Shown here: positions 30,633 through 40,131 of the stretch, one piece after another
How the letters are laid out: the number at the start of each line of letters is the position of its first letter
How positions within the stretch are numbered: position 1 is the first letter of the stretch
From: Alphaproteobacteria bacterium
GTDB taxonomy: Bacteria > Pseudomonadota > Alphaproteobacteria > Puniceispirillales > UBA1172
DNA length: 64,000 bases
Assembly: GCA_016778985.1 (NCBI GenBank)
Contig: JADHOM010000001.1
Location: 173,613 to 237,612, forward strand
Direction of reading: 5' to 3'
Position numbers and translations under genes: made by a program
The notes under the pieces: generated by a model
Database searches by the model: none
What the model was told of the DNA's origin: nothing
What the model saw: only the letters and a program-made list of their open reading frames with translations

Positions 30633-31320
30633 GCTGATATCCGTATCATCGGGCTATGCAGACGCGCAAGTGTTAAGACAAGTCTCGCTGCAACTTAATG
30701 CCGGAGAAATCGTCTGTATTCTTGGCCGCAATGGTGCTGGTAAAACGACAATGATGAAAACAATCATGGGTCTGCTGAAAGCTGACGCCGGCCAGATCAT
30801 GTATAATGGAACTGATTTAACGACGCTATCACCGCATAAAATCGCAGGTTTTGGGATTGGCTATATCCCGCAGGGCAGACGACTTTTTGCTGAGCTTACA
30901 GTTGCCGAAAATCTTGAGATTGGATTAATGGCTGGTGGTAAATCAGTTGCAACCCGTGATAAGGTGCTGGCGATGTTTCCGCGACTGGCGGAACGGCTTG
31001 ACCAACGCGCTGATACCCTATCAGGTGGTGAGCAGCAAATGCTAGCCACTGGCCGTGCCTTATGCCTTGAGCCGCAATTATTGCTATTGGATGAGCCAAC
31101 CGAAGGTCTTCAGCCGTCAATGATTGCGTTGATCCGCGATACGGTTGTGGCGTTAAAACAGCAAGGTGTTGGTATTTTATTGGTTGAGCAGAGGGTTGAT
31201 GCGGTGCTGTCAATCGCTGATAAAGTGATGTTTCTTGAAAACGGCATGAGCCGCGATATCATGTCAGCGGATCATTTGCGTAAAAATCCAGATTTGCTGA
31301 AGAAATATATTGGCGTTTAG
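30625..31320 (+). CDS. ABC transporter ATP-binding protein (LivF family)
   Basis: ATG at 30625 overlaps the upstream stop. Walker A is GRNGAGKTT, the signature is LSGGEQQMLA, and Walker B is LLLLDEP. Confidence 0.9.
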   Translation: MLELISVSSGYADAQVLRQVSLQLNAGEIVCILGRNGAGKTTMMKTIMGLLKADAGQIMYNGTDLTTLSPHKIAGFGIGYIPQGRRLFAELTVAENLEIGLMAGGKSVATRDKVLAMFPRLAERLDQRADTLSGGEQQMLATGRALCLEPQLLLLDEPTEGLQPSMIALIRDTVVALKQQGVGILLVEQRVDAVLSIADKVMFLENGMSRDIMSADHLRKNPDLLKKYIGV

Positions 31321-31346
31321 CAGATCAGCACCAGATCAATATCTGA

Positions 31347-31829
31347 TTAGCGTAACTTCATTAGCAACCGAAAGAAGAGATGTCTTTCTTTATCGCTAAG
31401 AGGCTTTAATGTTTCTTCCGATACCGCAAGGGCGGCAACTCTGATCTGGTCAAATAATTGTCTGCCTTTGGCAGTTGGCTTGAGGATAAGCCGCCGCAGG
31501 TCAGAAGGCTGGCTTTCTGATGAGATAAGCCCACGCAGTTTGAGCCTGTCGACAACGCCTTTAATGGTCGCCGCATCAATGGCAATCATCCGCCCGAGTT
31601 CATTCTGTGAGGCTTGCCCATTCTCACAAAGCTTGGTTAATGCAGAAAATTGGGTTGGGGTCAAATCTGGGATGAGGCGGCTAAATATCGACAAATGGCG
31701 TTGATTGACACAGCGCAAGATAAAACCAACTTGGTCTTCAAGCTGATAGTCAGATGTGATATCAGCCGCCATAGTGGTGGCGTCGGCATCTTGCTGTTTT
31801 TCGGTAATGGCATGAAAGACTTTGTTCAT
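31347..31829 (-). CDS. MarR family transcriptional regulator
   Basis: The 160-aa protein has a winged-HTH core (LTPTQFSALTKLCENGQASQNELGRMIAIDAATIKGVVDRLKLRGLI). It is divergent from the hydroxylase operon. Confidence 0.85.
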   Translation of the reverse strand: MNKVFHAITEKQQDADATTMAADITSDYQLEDQVGFILRCVNQRHLSIFSRLIPDLTPTQFSALTKLCENGQASQNELGRMIAIDAATIKGVVDRLKLRGLISSESQPSDLRRLILKPTAKGRQLFDQIRVAALAVSEETLKPLSDKERHLFFRLLMKLR

Positions 31830-31872
31830 CCTAACCCTTTCTATAATCTATATTGACAGCAACTCATCAAAA

Positions 31873-31894
31873 TAGCAAATTAGTTTGTATGCTA
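31873..31894. promoter_or_regulatory. Inverted repeat TAGCA-N12-TGCTA in the marR/hydroxylase divergent spacer (candidate operator)
   Basis: Read directly. The half-sites are short, so this is weak. Confidence 0.2.
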
Positions 31895-31901
31895 ACAGTT
31901 T

Positions 31902-32789
31902 ATGATGTCTGTCATGTCCTCTAATACTACATATATTCGGCCTTTAACCATAGAAGATGCTGTTGATGTGCTATCGACTTCGGCGGCAGCGGTTATTGCG
32001 GCTGGTTGCACGGATTTATTTCCCCTGACGTCCGCCCCTCGCATGACTGGTCAGGTGCTGGATGTAACTGGCATTAAAGACATGCGCGGCATTACTGATA
32101 ATGGTGACATGCGCAGATTTGGCGGTGCTACTACATGGACAGATATTATCCGCGCTGATCTGCCGCCGGCCTATGATATGCTCAAATTAGCAGCCCGCGA
32201 AATTGGCTCTATTCAAATTCAAAATGCTGGAACGATTGCAGGTAATCTCTGTAATGCGTCACCGGCGGCGGATAGTATTCCGTGCTTGCTGGCGCTGGAT
32301 GCGTCTGTTGAGCTGACCTCAGCATCTGGCTTAAGGCAACTGCCGCTTAGTGATTTTATTGTCGGTCCTCGGAAAACGTTGCGCCAAGCAGATGAGATTA
32401 TGACAGCGGTGTTGGTGCCAAAATCCTCTGAGACGGGAGTATCATCTTTCCGTAAACTGGGGACACGCAAATATCTTATTATTTCTATCGTCATGGCCGC
32501 CGCGCGAATTGAGGTCAAAGATAACCGCATTACCCATGCCGCGCTATCATTAGGGTCGTGCAGTCCGGTTGCGGTCAGGCTAGATAAGGTTGAGGCAGAT
32601 TTGATCGGCATGGATATCCACAACGCCACTATCCCGGCATCACATTATGTTGAGGAGACAGATATTGAGGCGACAATTAATCCTATTGACGATGTGCGCG
32701 GCACTGCCAGCTATCGAATTACGGCGGCAAAAACGCTGTTATGTGAGGCGATTGATAACTGCCTCAATCAGGTGAGGAGTGGGGGATGA
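31902..32789 (+). CDS. Xanthine dehydrogenase family FAD-binding (medium, CoxM-like) subunit
   Basis: It has an FAD_binding_5-like N-terminus (AAGCTDLFPL) and a C-terminal CO-dehydrogenase-flavoprotein-like domain (DDVRGTASYR). Its stop overlaps the next start. Confidence 0.85.
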   Translation: MMSVMSSNTTYIRPLTIEDAVDVLSTSAAAVIAAGCTDLFPLTSAPRMTGQVLDVTGIKDMRGITDNGDMRRFGGATTWTDIIRADLPPAYDMLKLAAREIGSIQIQNAGTIAGNLCNASPAADSIPCLLALDASVELTSASGLRQLPLSDFIVGPRKTLRQADEIMTAVLVPKSSETGVSSFRKLGTRKYLIISIVMAAARIEVKDNRITHAALSLGSCSPVAVRLDKVEADLIGMDIHNATIPASHYVEETDIEATINPIDDVRGTASYRITAAKTLLCEAIDNCLNQVRSGG

Positions 32790-35545
32790 GTGATCAGGAA
32801 CAGTTTACGCTAACCGTAAATGGCACCAAAGCAAATGTGTCCCGCCCAGCTGGTATGCGGCTAAGCGAAGTCTTGCGTGAGGAATTGCATCTGACGGGTA
32901 CAAAAATAGGATGCAATGCTGGCGATTGTGGGGCCTGTACCGTTCTTGTTGATGGTGAGCCTGTGTGTTCATGTCTGATGACGCTGGCGAAAGCCGATGG
33001 CTGTCATATTGAAACGGTGGAAAGCTTGGCTAATGGATCAAAGCTATCGTTACTGCAACAAGCCTTTAGTCGTCATGGTGCGGCTCAATGTGGAATTTGT
33101 ACACCGGGGATGTTGATGGCGGCGGCACCTTTAATTCGCGCCAACAAAGCCCCAAGCCGTGCCGAGGTTGAGGACGCGCTTGGTGGGGTTCTCTGCCGCT
33201 GTACGGGTTATGCTAAGATTATTGATGCGGTGATGGATGCCGCGATGGAAAAACCTGCCATGCCTATGCCTGTCCGACATGGTGCTGTTGGGGCAAGGGT
33301 GGAACGGCTTGACGGCATCCCTAAACTTAATGGTGATGAGGTTTTTGGTGCTGATTACTGGCCCGAAAATGCGCTTTACCTGCGGGTGCTTCGCTCCCCT
33401 TATCATTCGGCACAATTTACCATTGGGGATGTAGCAGCATGGGTGGCTAAGCATGATCTCATTAGTCATGTTTTTTTAGCTAGTGATATTGATGGTGAAA
33501 ATCAGTTTGGCGTTATCCCGCCAATGGCTGATCAGCCAGCGCTTGCCGTTGATGCGGCGAGATTCAAGGGCGAAGCGGTCGCCATCATCGTCGGCCAGTC
33601 GCAGGATGTCGCGGCAATGGATATATCCGACTTTCCCATTGAATGGACGGAATTGCCAGCCATTATGGATGTCGATGTGGCGCTTGCCGATGGCACAACA
33701 TTGATCCATGCGCATCGTGAAAACAATATCCTGATCAGTGGCATCGTCAAACATGGCGATATTGATAAGGGATTTGGAGCAGCAGATCATATTGCTGAGA
33801 TGTCATTTTCTACCAGTTATGTAGAGCATGCTTATATCGAGCCAGAAGCAGGGGTGGCGTGGATGGATGGCGATACGGTTGTCATTCAAGCCTGTACCCA
33901 GGCGCCGATTATGGATCGTGATGATACCGCCAAGGTGCTTGGTTTGCCGGTGGAGAAAATACGCATTATTCCCTCAGCAACAGGTGGCGGCTTTGGCGCA
34001 AAGCTAGATGTCTCTGTTCAGCCCTTGCTTGGTCTGGTGGCGCTCAAAACCGGTCAGCCATGCCGCATTGTCTATTCGCGAAACGAGTCTATGATGTCAA
34101 CGACGAAACGCCATCCGGGGGTTATGCAGGCGCGCATTGCGGCTGATAAAAAAGGCCATATCACGGCAATGGAATTCCAAGGTGATTTTAATACCGGTGC
34201 CTATGCCAGTTGGGGGCCGACGGTTGCATCACGGGTACCTATCCATGCCTCTGGCCCATATAAAACGCCAAATTATTTAGCCAAAGCTCGCGCCATTCAT
34301 ACCAATGGCCCGCCATCAGGGGCGTTTCGCGGCTTTGGTGTACCGCAGTCAACGATCATTCAAGAAGCGCTATATGATGAACTGGCAGAAAAATGTGGTA
34401 TCGATCGATTAGCCTTCAGACGTCTCAACGCCTTAAAGAATAATGATATCACGATCTGTAACCAAACGCTACCAGCGGTCGGTATCGATGATTGTCTGGC
34501 GGCGTTAGAGCCGTTCTGGCAAAAGCACCAGCAACAGATTGCTGATTTTAATGCTAAGAATAGCCGCAAAAAACGCGGTATTGGCGTGTCATCATGTTGG
34601 TATGGATGCGGTAATACGGCTTTGCCAAACCCGTCGACGATCAGGCTGGGGATTACAGCAGATGGTCAGGTTGTCTTGCATCAAGGGGCGGCAGATATTG
34701 GTCAAGGCTCAAACACGGTCATACCCCAGATTTGCGCTGATGCGCTCGGCCTCCCATTAGCGCATATCTCAATTATTGGCGGCGATACAGCTATCACCCC
34801 CGATTGCGGCAAGACCTCGGCTTCACGCCAGACTTTCATAACAGGTAAAGCCGCTATGTTAGCAGGACAAGCCCTACGCCGACAGATTCTGCGGCTCAGT
34901 AATCTAGGTGATGATGCGATTATTGAAATGGCAGAAGGGTCTATTCATGTCAGCCACGGCGATAAGCAGCATGAGATTGCGCTTAGTGAGATGGCAGCAA
35001 ATCCCTATGGCTATGTACTGATGGCAGAGGAAACCTATAACCCGCCAACTGAGGAGCTGGATGCGTTTGGTCAGGGTAAGCCTTATGCGCTTTATGGGTT
35101 TGGGGCACATGCCGCCGTGGTTGAGGTGGATATGCATTTAGGGACGGTGAAGGTATTACATATTTCCGCCGCTCATGATTTGGGCAAGGTCGTCAATCCG
35201 CTATTGGCAGAAGGACAAATAGATGGCGGTATTGCGCAAGGGCTAGGTATGGCCTTGATGGAAGAATATATCCCTGGCCGCACCGAAAACCTGCATGATT
35301 ATCTCATCCCGTCTATCGGCGATATGCCAGAGATTGAATATCATCTGATTGAAGTGCCAGACCCTGAAGGCCCGATGGGTGTTAAGGGGTTGGGTGAGCA
35401 TGTCTTGATCCCAACCGCCCCGGCTATTCTTAATGCTATTACCAATGCCACTGGCGGCGCTAGATTATATCAAACACCTGCTGTTCCGCATCGGGTATTG
35501 GCGGCCATTCAGGCAAATAATAATGTCAATGAGGCCGCAGAATGA
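32786..35545 (+). CDS. Molybdenum hydroxylase: fused [2Fe-2S] small-subunit domain + molybdopterin-binding large subunit (aldehyde oxidase/xanthine dehydrogenase family)
   Basis: The two FeS motifs are CNAGDCGAC and CGICTPGM...CRCTGY. These are followed by a/b-hammerhead and Moco domains, and a C-terminal catalytic-Glu context (GLGEHVLIPTAPAILNAITNATG). No CODH AYxCSFR loop was seen. Confidence 0.9.
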   Translation: MSDQEQFTLTVNGTKANVSRPAGMRLSEVLREELHLTGTKIGCNAGDCGACTVLVDGEPVCSCLMTLAKADGCHIETVESLANGSKLSLLQQAFSRHGAAQCGICTPGMLMAAAPLIRANKAPSRAEVEDALGGVLCRCTGYAKIIDAVMDAAMEKPAMPMPVRHGAVGARVERLDGIPKLNGDEVFGADYWPENALYLRVLRSPYHSAQFTIGDVAAWVAKHDLISHVFLASDIDGENQFGVIPPMADQPALAVDAARFKGEAVAIIVGQSQDVAAMDISDFPIEWTELPAIMDVDVALADGTTLIHAHRENNILISGIVKHGDIDKGFGAADHIAEMSFSTSYVEHAYIEPEAGVAWMDGDTVVIQACTQAPIMDRDDTAKVLGLPVEKIRIIPSATGGGFGAKLDVSVQPLLGLVALKTGQPCRIVYSRNESMMSTTKRHPGVMQARIAADKKGHITAMEFQGDFNTGAYASWGPTVASRVPIHASGPYKTPNYLAKARAIHTNGPPSGAFRGFGVPQSTIIQEALYDELAEKCGIDRLAFRRLNALKNNDITICNQTLPAVGIDDCLAALEPFWQKHQQQIADFNAKNSRKKRGIGVSSCWYGCGNTALPNPSTIRLGITADGQVVLHQGAADIGQGSNTVIPQICADALGLPLAHISIIGGDTAITPDCGKTSASRQTFITGKAAMLAGQALRRQILRLSNLGDDAIIEMAEGSIHVSHGDKQHEIALSEMAANPYGYVLMAEETYNPPTEELDAFGQGKPYALYGFGAHAAVVEVDMHLGTVKVLHISAAHDLGKVVNPLLAEGQIDGGIAQGLGMALMEEYIPGRTENLHDYLIPSIGDMPEIEYHLIEVPDPEGPMGVKGLGEHVLIPTAPAILNAITNATGGARLYQTPAVPHRVLAAIQANNNVNEAAE

Positions 35546-37005
35546 CCAAAAAAGCATCAGAAAAAATTAGATGCGATGCCTGTCCGGTGATGTGTTATAT
35601 CGCTGATGGCAATTCAGGTGCTTGTGATCGTTATGCAAACAAAGATGGCCAGATTATCCGGCTTGACCCTCTGACAATTTTGGATCGCCGAATAGCCGCA
35701 GGCGATGCTGTCAAACCATTTCTAGGAGCTAGCTGGGATGGTAGCCTCGGCCAAGAAAATGAGATGTTTGTTACCGCCATTGGGGCAGGCACAACCTATC
35801 CAGACTATAAGCCGGCGCCATTTATTGTTGGGCAATATCACAATGATGCTGATTTTGTGACGGTTGTAACCGAAGCTATTTTTTCCTATTGTGGGGTTAA
35901 GGTTAAAATTGATACTGATCGCCATCTCGGAAAAGAAGGTGCGGTTATTCGCGTTAATGATGAGCCTGTGGGCTTGGTCATTACCAGTGAATATGGCTCT
36001 CAAATGCTATCATTGGGCGGTGTTGATCATCTGACGGGCGGCAGCAAAGCCGAAGGTCGAGTGACGTGTGATACGCTGATGAAGCTGTGTAATAAAGAAG
36101 CTGTTGAGCTAACCATTGATGATGGCTCTACGGTCGTGGTGCAAGCTGGCAAGCCGCCAATTGTTGATGGTAAAGCGGAAATGAGAATGCGGGTTGGCTG
36201 CGGCTCGGCAACAATCGGTATGTTTGCCTCGCAATGGGTTGGGCTGGTTGATGAGGTTGTTGTTGTCGATGATCATATCACTGGCGTTGTCTCTGAGCAC
36301 CAAGCCGGCAAGGTGCTGGATTGGCCTGATACCGGCATCACGATAAATGGCCGCAGATCAACACCTGGCCGCTATTTTCAAGTGGCAGAGCCGGGGCTGG
36401 GATGGGGCGGCACCGACCTAGAGGATCCGCTAAAAATACTTGGCGCATGGCGACCAGCCAAAGGCGCAAGACCTGGGCTAACGTTGTTAATGGTATCGAC
36501 AACGGGTGAGCATTCTGGCTATTTTGTTCTTGATGATGATCTAACGCCGCAGCCACATCCAATGCCGAAAGCCTTGCAGGATAGCGTTAATTTGATCTCA
36601 GAAAATTGTGAACCGGCGCTTTGCACAGTTATGTTTATGGGGGGTGCTGGTGGCTCATTACGGTCGGGGGTAACCAAGAACCCGATCCGCTTGACCGCAT
36701 CGGTACAGGCCCGAAAAACCAAAGTCACTTGCGGCGGCATAGAAGGTTTTGTCTGGCCGGGTGGCGGTATCACGATTATGGTCGATGTATCAAAAATGCC
36801 AGATCAGGCTTTTGGCTATGTGCCGACGCCGGCGATTGTGGCGCCGCTGGAGTTTACCGTACCCAAAGACGAATATATTGCGCTTGGCGGTCATCAAGAT
36901 GCCATCCGCTCAGTGGCTGATATTATGGCAACAGGTGGCGAGTATTCCAAAAATAGTCAGGTCGTATTAACCACAGATACTGAAGATTTTGACCATGATG
37001 ATTAA
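35542..37005 (+). CDS. Cys-rich Fe-S protein resembling entries annotated as 6-hydroxynicotinate reductase (HNR-like)
   Basis: The start overlaps the hydroxylase stop (ATGA). The N-terminal cluster motif is C11-x2-C14-x3-C18-x9-C28 (CDACPVMCYIADGNSGAC). Family naming is from memory of similar N-termini and of the same neighbours (UPF0280, AA_synth); it was not verified. Confidence 0.5.
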   Translation: MTKKASEKIRCDACPVMCYIADGNSGACDRYANKDGQIIRLDPLTILDRRIAAGDAVKPFLGASWDGSLGQENEMFVTAIGAGTTYPDYKPAPFIVGQYHNDADFVTVVTEAIFSYCGVKVKIDTDRHLGKEGAVIRVNDEPVGLVITSEYGSQMLSLGGVDHLTGGSKAEGRVTCDTLMKLCNKEAVELTIDDGSTVVVQAGKPPIVDGKAEMRMRVGCGSATIGMFASQWVGLVDEVVVVDDHITGVVSEHQAGKVLDWPDTGITINGRRSTPGRYFQVAEPGLGWGGTDLEDPLKILGAWRPAKGARPGLTLLMVSTTGEHSGYFVLDDDLTPQPHPMPKALQDSVNLISENCEPALCTVMFMGGAGGSLRSGVTKNPIRLTASVQARKTKVTCGGIEGFVWPGGGITIMVDVSKMPDQAFGYVPTPAIVAPLEFTVPKDEYIALGGHQDAIRSVADIMATGGEYSKNSQVVLTTDTEDFDHDD

Positions 37006-37025
37006 ACTTTGATGAAAGTCATTCT

Positions 37026-37946
37026 ATGCTAGCAACAGCCTCATCGCTTCAGGCCAGTTGGCTGGCTCCTGATAACCGCCTGCATTTGTCGCATGGGCCT
37101 ATTGATTTGATCATTAAGGCAGAGGGGCAATCCGCGCAACTTGCCTATCGCAAAGCCGTTCATGCTATGCAGCATTTACTTGAACGGCTCGTTGTTGAGC
37201 TGCCTGATTTGCGCCTGCGAACGGCTAGACCGGAACGCTATCTGCACCCGATTGCACGGCGCATGGCGCGGGCAACAGGCGGTTATGGCAAGCGCTTTGT
37301 TACCCCTATGGCGGCGGTCGCAGGGGCAGTAGCGGATCATGTGCTTGCGGCAATGACTGCCGAAGCCGGGCTGACCAAGGCCAGCGTCAATAATGGTGGT
37401 GATATCGCGTTTTGGCTGGCTGATGGTCATAAGGTAACGGCATTAATGGCCAATCTGGATACCGCAAAATGCACTATCTGCTCAGATACTATCTGGCGCG
37501 GCATGGCGACATCTGGATTTAGCGGGCGTAGTTTTTCGCTTGGTATTGCTGATGCGGTTGTTGTGCTTGCCGATAACGCGGCGAATGCAGATGCTGCGGC
37601 AACTATGATCGCTAATGCGGTAAACCTGCCCCCTGATCTGCCGCCATATCATCCTGATATGCAAGCGATCAGCCGTATTCCTGCCCATGATCTTTTGCCC
37701 GAAAGTGATCTAGGCAACCAGCTGGTGACGCGCCAAGTCGGGGCGCTATCTGCGGCGTCAATCAATTATGCCTTAAATGCTGGCGAAGACGAAACACGGG
37801 CAATTATGGCGATTAAACCCATCGCAGGTGCATTAATTAGGGTCAAAGATCATATCCGTGTTGTTGGTCTGAATCATAACTTGGATCAGAACCTTGGATC
37901 AAACTTTCTATGCCAACGCTACCACCAAAAGGAGATGATACCGTGA
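37026..37946 (+). CDS. UPF0280-like (ApbE-related fold) protein
   Basis: The 306-aa protein has ApbE-like stretches (MAAVAGAVAD, NNGGDIA). It sits between the HNR-like and AA_synth genes. The assignment is from memory. Confidence 0.5.
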   Translation: MLATASSLQASWLAPDNRLHLSHGPIDLIIKAEGQSAQLAYRKAVHAMQHLLERLVVELPDLRLRTARPERYLHPIARRMARATGGYGKRFVTPMAAVAGAVADHVLAAMTAEAGLTKASVNNGGDIAFWLADGHKVTALMANLDTAKCTICSDTIWRGMATSGFSGRSFSLGIADAVVVLADNAANADAAATMIANAVNLPPDLPPYHPDMQAISRIPAHDLLPESDLGNQLVTRQVGALSAASINYALNAGEDETRAIMAIKPIAGALIRVKDHIRVVGLNHNLDQNLGSNFLCQRYHQKEMIP

Positions 37947-37948
37947 CA

Positions 37949-38524
37949 ATGTTCCCCATTCGGAAAACCCAGCTTTTTCTTGAAACGATTTTTCACGAAG
38001 GTGGGCCAGCCCCTGAAACGCCGCGCCTGCGTGCTGCTATGGTCGCTGTTGTCAGCAATCCCTTTGCCGGGGCTTATCATGAGGATTTACAATCTGCTAT
38101 GGATGATTTGAAACCGCTGGGGCTGATGATGACGGATGAGCTGATTGATTCGCTAGGGGGATTAGATGGTATTGATGGCTATGGCAAAGCTGGGCTTGCT
38201 GGCGAAGATGGTGAGCTCGAACAAACCGCACTTTGGCATGTGCCGGGCGGCTATGCGATGCGCGAAAGATTAGGTGAGGCTAAGGCGATTGTGCCGTCTT
38301 CAATGAAAGTGGGTGGCGCCGGATGCGCTATTGATATCCCGTTAGGGCATATTAATGCCGCCTATGTCAGGAGCCATTTTGATGCTATGGAAGTGCGTCT
38401 GTCTGATGCCCCTCGGCGTGGTGAGATTATGTTCTGTCTGGCCATGACCAAGGGGCCACGTATTCATCACCGCATGGGGGGATTAGGTGTTGAAGATGTT
38501 AAGGGTGAGGATGGCTTGCGCTAA
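37949..38524 (+). CDS. Amino-acid-synthesis (AA_synth/DUF1185) family protein, paralog 1
   Basis: The start is ATG at 37949, or GTG at 37943 overlapping the upstream TGA, with AAGGAG at 37929. The sequence (MFPIRK..NPFAG..GKAGLAGEDGELE..SHFDAMEV..DAP..GPRIHHRMGG) is clearly homologous to the ORF at 44212-44814. Confidence 0.6.
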   Translation: MFPIRKTQLFLETIFHEGGPAPETPRLRAAMVAVVSNPFAGAYHEDLQSAMDDLKPLGLMMTDELIDSLGGLDGIDGYGKAGLAGEDGELEQTALWHVPGGYAMRERLGEAKAIVPSSMKVGGAGCAIDIPLGHINAAYVRSHFDAMEVRLSDAPRRGEIMFCLAMTKGPRIHHRMGGLGVEDVKGEDGLR

Positions 38525-38557
38525 GTCGCCAAGTTTGTGCGCCGCAGGCAAACCAAT

Positions 38558-39340
38558 TTAATCAACAAATGCGCGTTCAACAACATATTGCCCGGGCATG
38601 CTGTTTGAGCCTTCGGTAAATTGCGCCGCATCTAAGATCGCCTTAACATCCTTGAGCATCGCCATTGACCCACATATCATGACGCGATCATGTGCTGGAT
38701 CAAGCGGCGGCAGATTGAGATGGGCATAGAGCTGGCCATTTTCCATGAGTGTCGTAATACGCCCCATAAAGCTGGATTCTTCCCGCGTTGTCGTTGTCAC
38801 CAGCGTTAAGCGGTCGGCAAGTTCACCGACTAATGGGTCTGTCTTGGTCGCCGCAACCGTATTGATGGAATAGGCTAGCTCTGCCACTTCACGGCAACTA
38901 TGGGTGACAATCAGAGCTTCAAACTTGTCATAGGCTTCGGGGTCACGGATAAGTGATGCAAATGGCGCAAATCCTGTCCCTGTTGAGATCATCCAAAGCC
39001 TCTTGCCTGGCAATAGCGCATCAAGAACTAGGGTGCCGGTCGGTTTTTTGCGGAACCAAACCTGATCACCGACTTTGATATTTTGCAGATGTTCGGTTAA
39101 AGGCCCGCCCGGAACTTTGATTGAATAAAACTCCAGCGTTTCATCCCATGATGGGCTGGCGATGGAATAGGCGCGCCAGACAGGTTTTTCCCCGGGCAGG
39201 CCAATCATCACAAACTCACCTGACCGAAAACGGAAACTCGCTGGCCGCGTTAAGCGGAAACGGAATAAGCGGTCAGTATAATGTTCAACCTCGGTAACGG
39301 TTTCAGAAAAAGCAGAATCAGGACAGGTGAAGCTCATCAT
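38558..39340 (-). CDS. fpr: Ferredoxin--NADP(+) reductase (bacterial Fpr type)
   Basis: The likely start is the ATGATG at 39340. The FAD motif is RAYSIAS and the NADP motif is GTGFAPF. The C-terminus is ...YVVERAFVD. Confidence 0.88.
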   Translation of the reverse strand: MMSFTCPDSAFSETVTEVEHYTDRLFRFRLTRPASFRFRSGEFVMIGLPGEKPVWRAYSIASPSWDETLEFYSIKVPGGPLTEHLQNIKVGDQVWFRKKPTGTLVLDALLPGKRLWMISTGTGFAPFASLIRDPEAYDKFEALIVTHSCREVAELAYSINTVAATKTDPLVGELADRLTLVTTTTREESSFMGRITTLMENGQLYAHLNLPPLDPAHDRVMICGSMAMLKDVKAILDAAQFTEGSNSMPGQYVVERAFVD

Positions 39341-39482
39341 ATTCTCACTTAGTTTTGTTGGTTTTGGTATTGCGCTACTGACCAATCTTGGGGTTGACTA
39401 TTCTTTATCTTGATTACAGGGTTAAAGCGGATAACGCGGTTATAATTTGTTTGTATACGAATGAATTATAAACCTCAAGTTA

Positions 39483-40127
39483 TTATTTTATCACGGTCTT
39501 CCAGGTGCGATTATCCACTATATTTTTTAAATCATCTGGCGTATCAACATCAAGAAAGCATCTGCTATCATTTATAGCAAGTGGGTTAATTGCCTCAGGG
39601 TGTGTTTTGATAATATCTCTGCCGCCTTTATCCCCTGTTATTTGTTCAAGCATCGGGAAAAATCGTTGCCCCCAGATAACAGGATGTGCGGTTCTATCCG
39701 CAATCACTGGCTCCGCAATTATTGGCAGGGTAATCGCCTCATCAGGTTGTGTGAGGCGCTTATGGTGGCGGATCAAATCATTGACCAGTGGCACTGTGAT
39801 ATTGGGCATATCTCCCAGCATGATCATGACATCAGTGGTGCGCGCATTTATATGACTAAGCCCATGTCGGATAGAGCCGCTCATGCCTTCAGCATAATCA
39901 GAATATTCGTGCAAATCTAATGGCATATCAGATAAGGCAGCGGCGATAAGATTGGCGTCATGACCTAGAATAACCATAACCTCATCAAGCCCACTAGCCA
40001 GCATAGTATTGGCGATGCGGCGAATCATTGGCTGGTTGCTGTTATCAGCAGGCATGAGCAGTTTATTAGCTTTGCCCATGCGTTTGGATTGTCCAGCGGC
40101 TAATAGGATTCCGCATATATATCGCAT
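39483..40127 (-). CDS. mocA: MobA-like nucleotidyltransferase, probable molybdenum cofactor cytidylyltransferase
   Basis: The N-terminal motif GILLAAGQSKRMG is present. It sits immediately downstream of xdhC on the same strand. Confidence 0.78.
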   Translation of the reverse strand: MRYICGILLAAGQSKRMGKANKLLMPADNSNQPMIRRIANTMLASGLDEVMVILGHDANLIAAALSDMPLDLHEYSDYAEGMSGSIRHGLSHINARTTDVMIMLGDMPNITVPLVNDLIRHHKRLTQPDEAITLPIIAEPVIADRTAHPVIWGQRFFPMLEQITGDKGGRDIIKTHPEAINPLAINDSRCFLDVDTPDDLKNIVDNRTWKTVIK

Positions 40128-40131
40128 TGCT

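Noticed and set aside
31902-35545. Interpreting the Moco enzyme as aerobic CO dehydrogenase (CoxMSL).
   Set aside because: I found no AYxCSFR-type active-site loop in the large-subunit part. The small subunit is fused to the large one. No coxDEFG-type accessory genes are present, and the neighbours point to heterocycle metabolism.
38525-38557. A possible bidirectional terminator between the AA_synth gene and fpr (GTTTG...CAAAC).
   Set aside because: Only a 5-bp stem with an 11-nt loop can be drawn. It is not convincing.
39440-39471. Inverted repeat TTATAATT-N16-AATTATAA downstream of the mocA-like gene, as a possible terminator or operator.
   Set aside because: The stem is 8 bp of A/T only, with a long loop and no U-tract in the relevant orientation. 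It is too weak to call.
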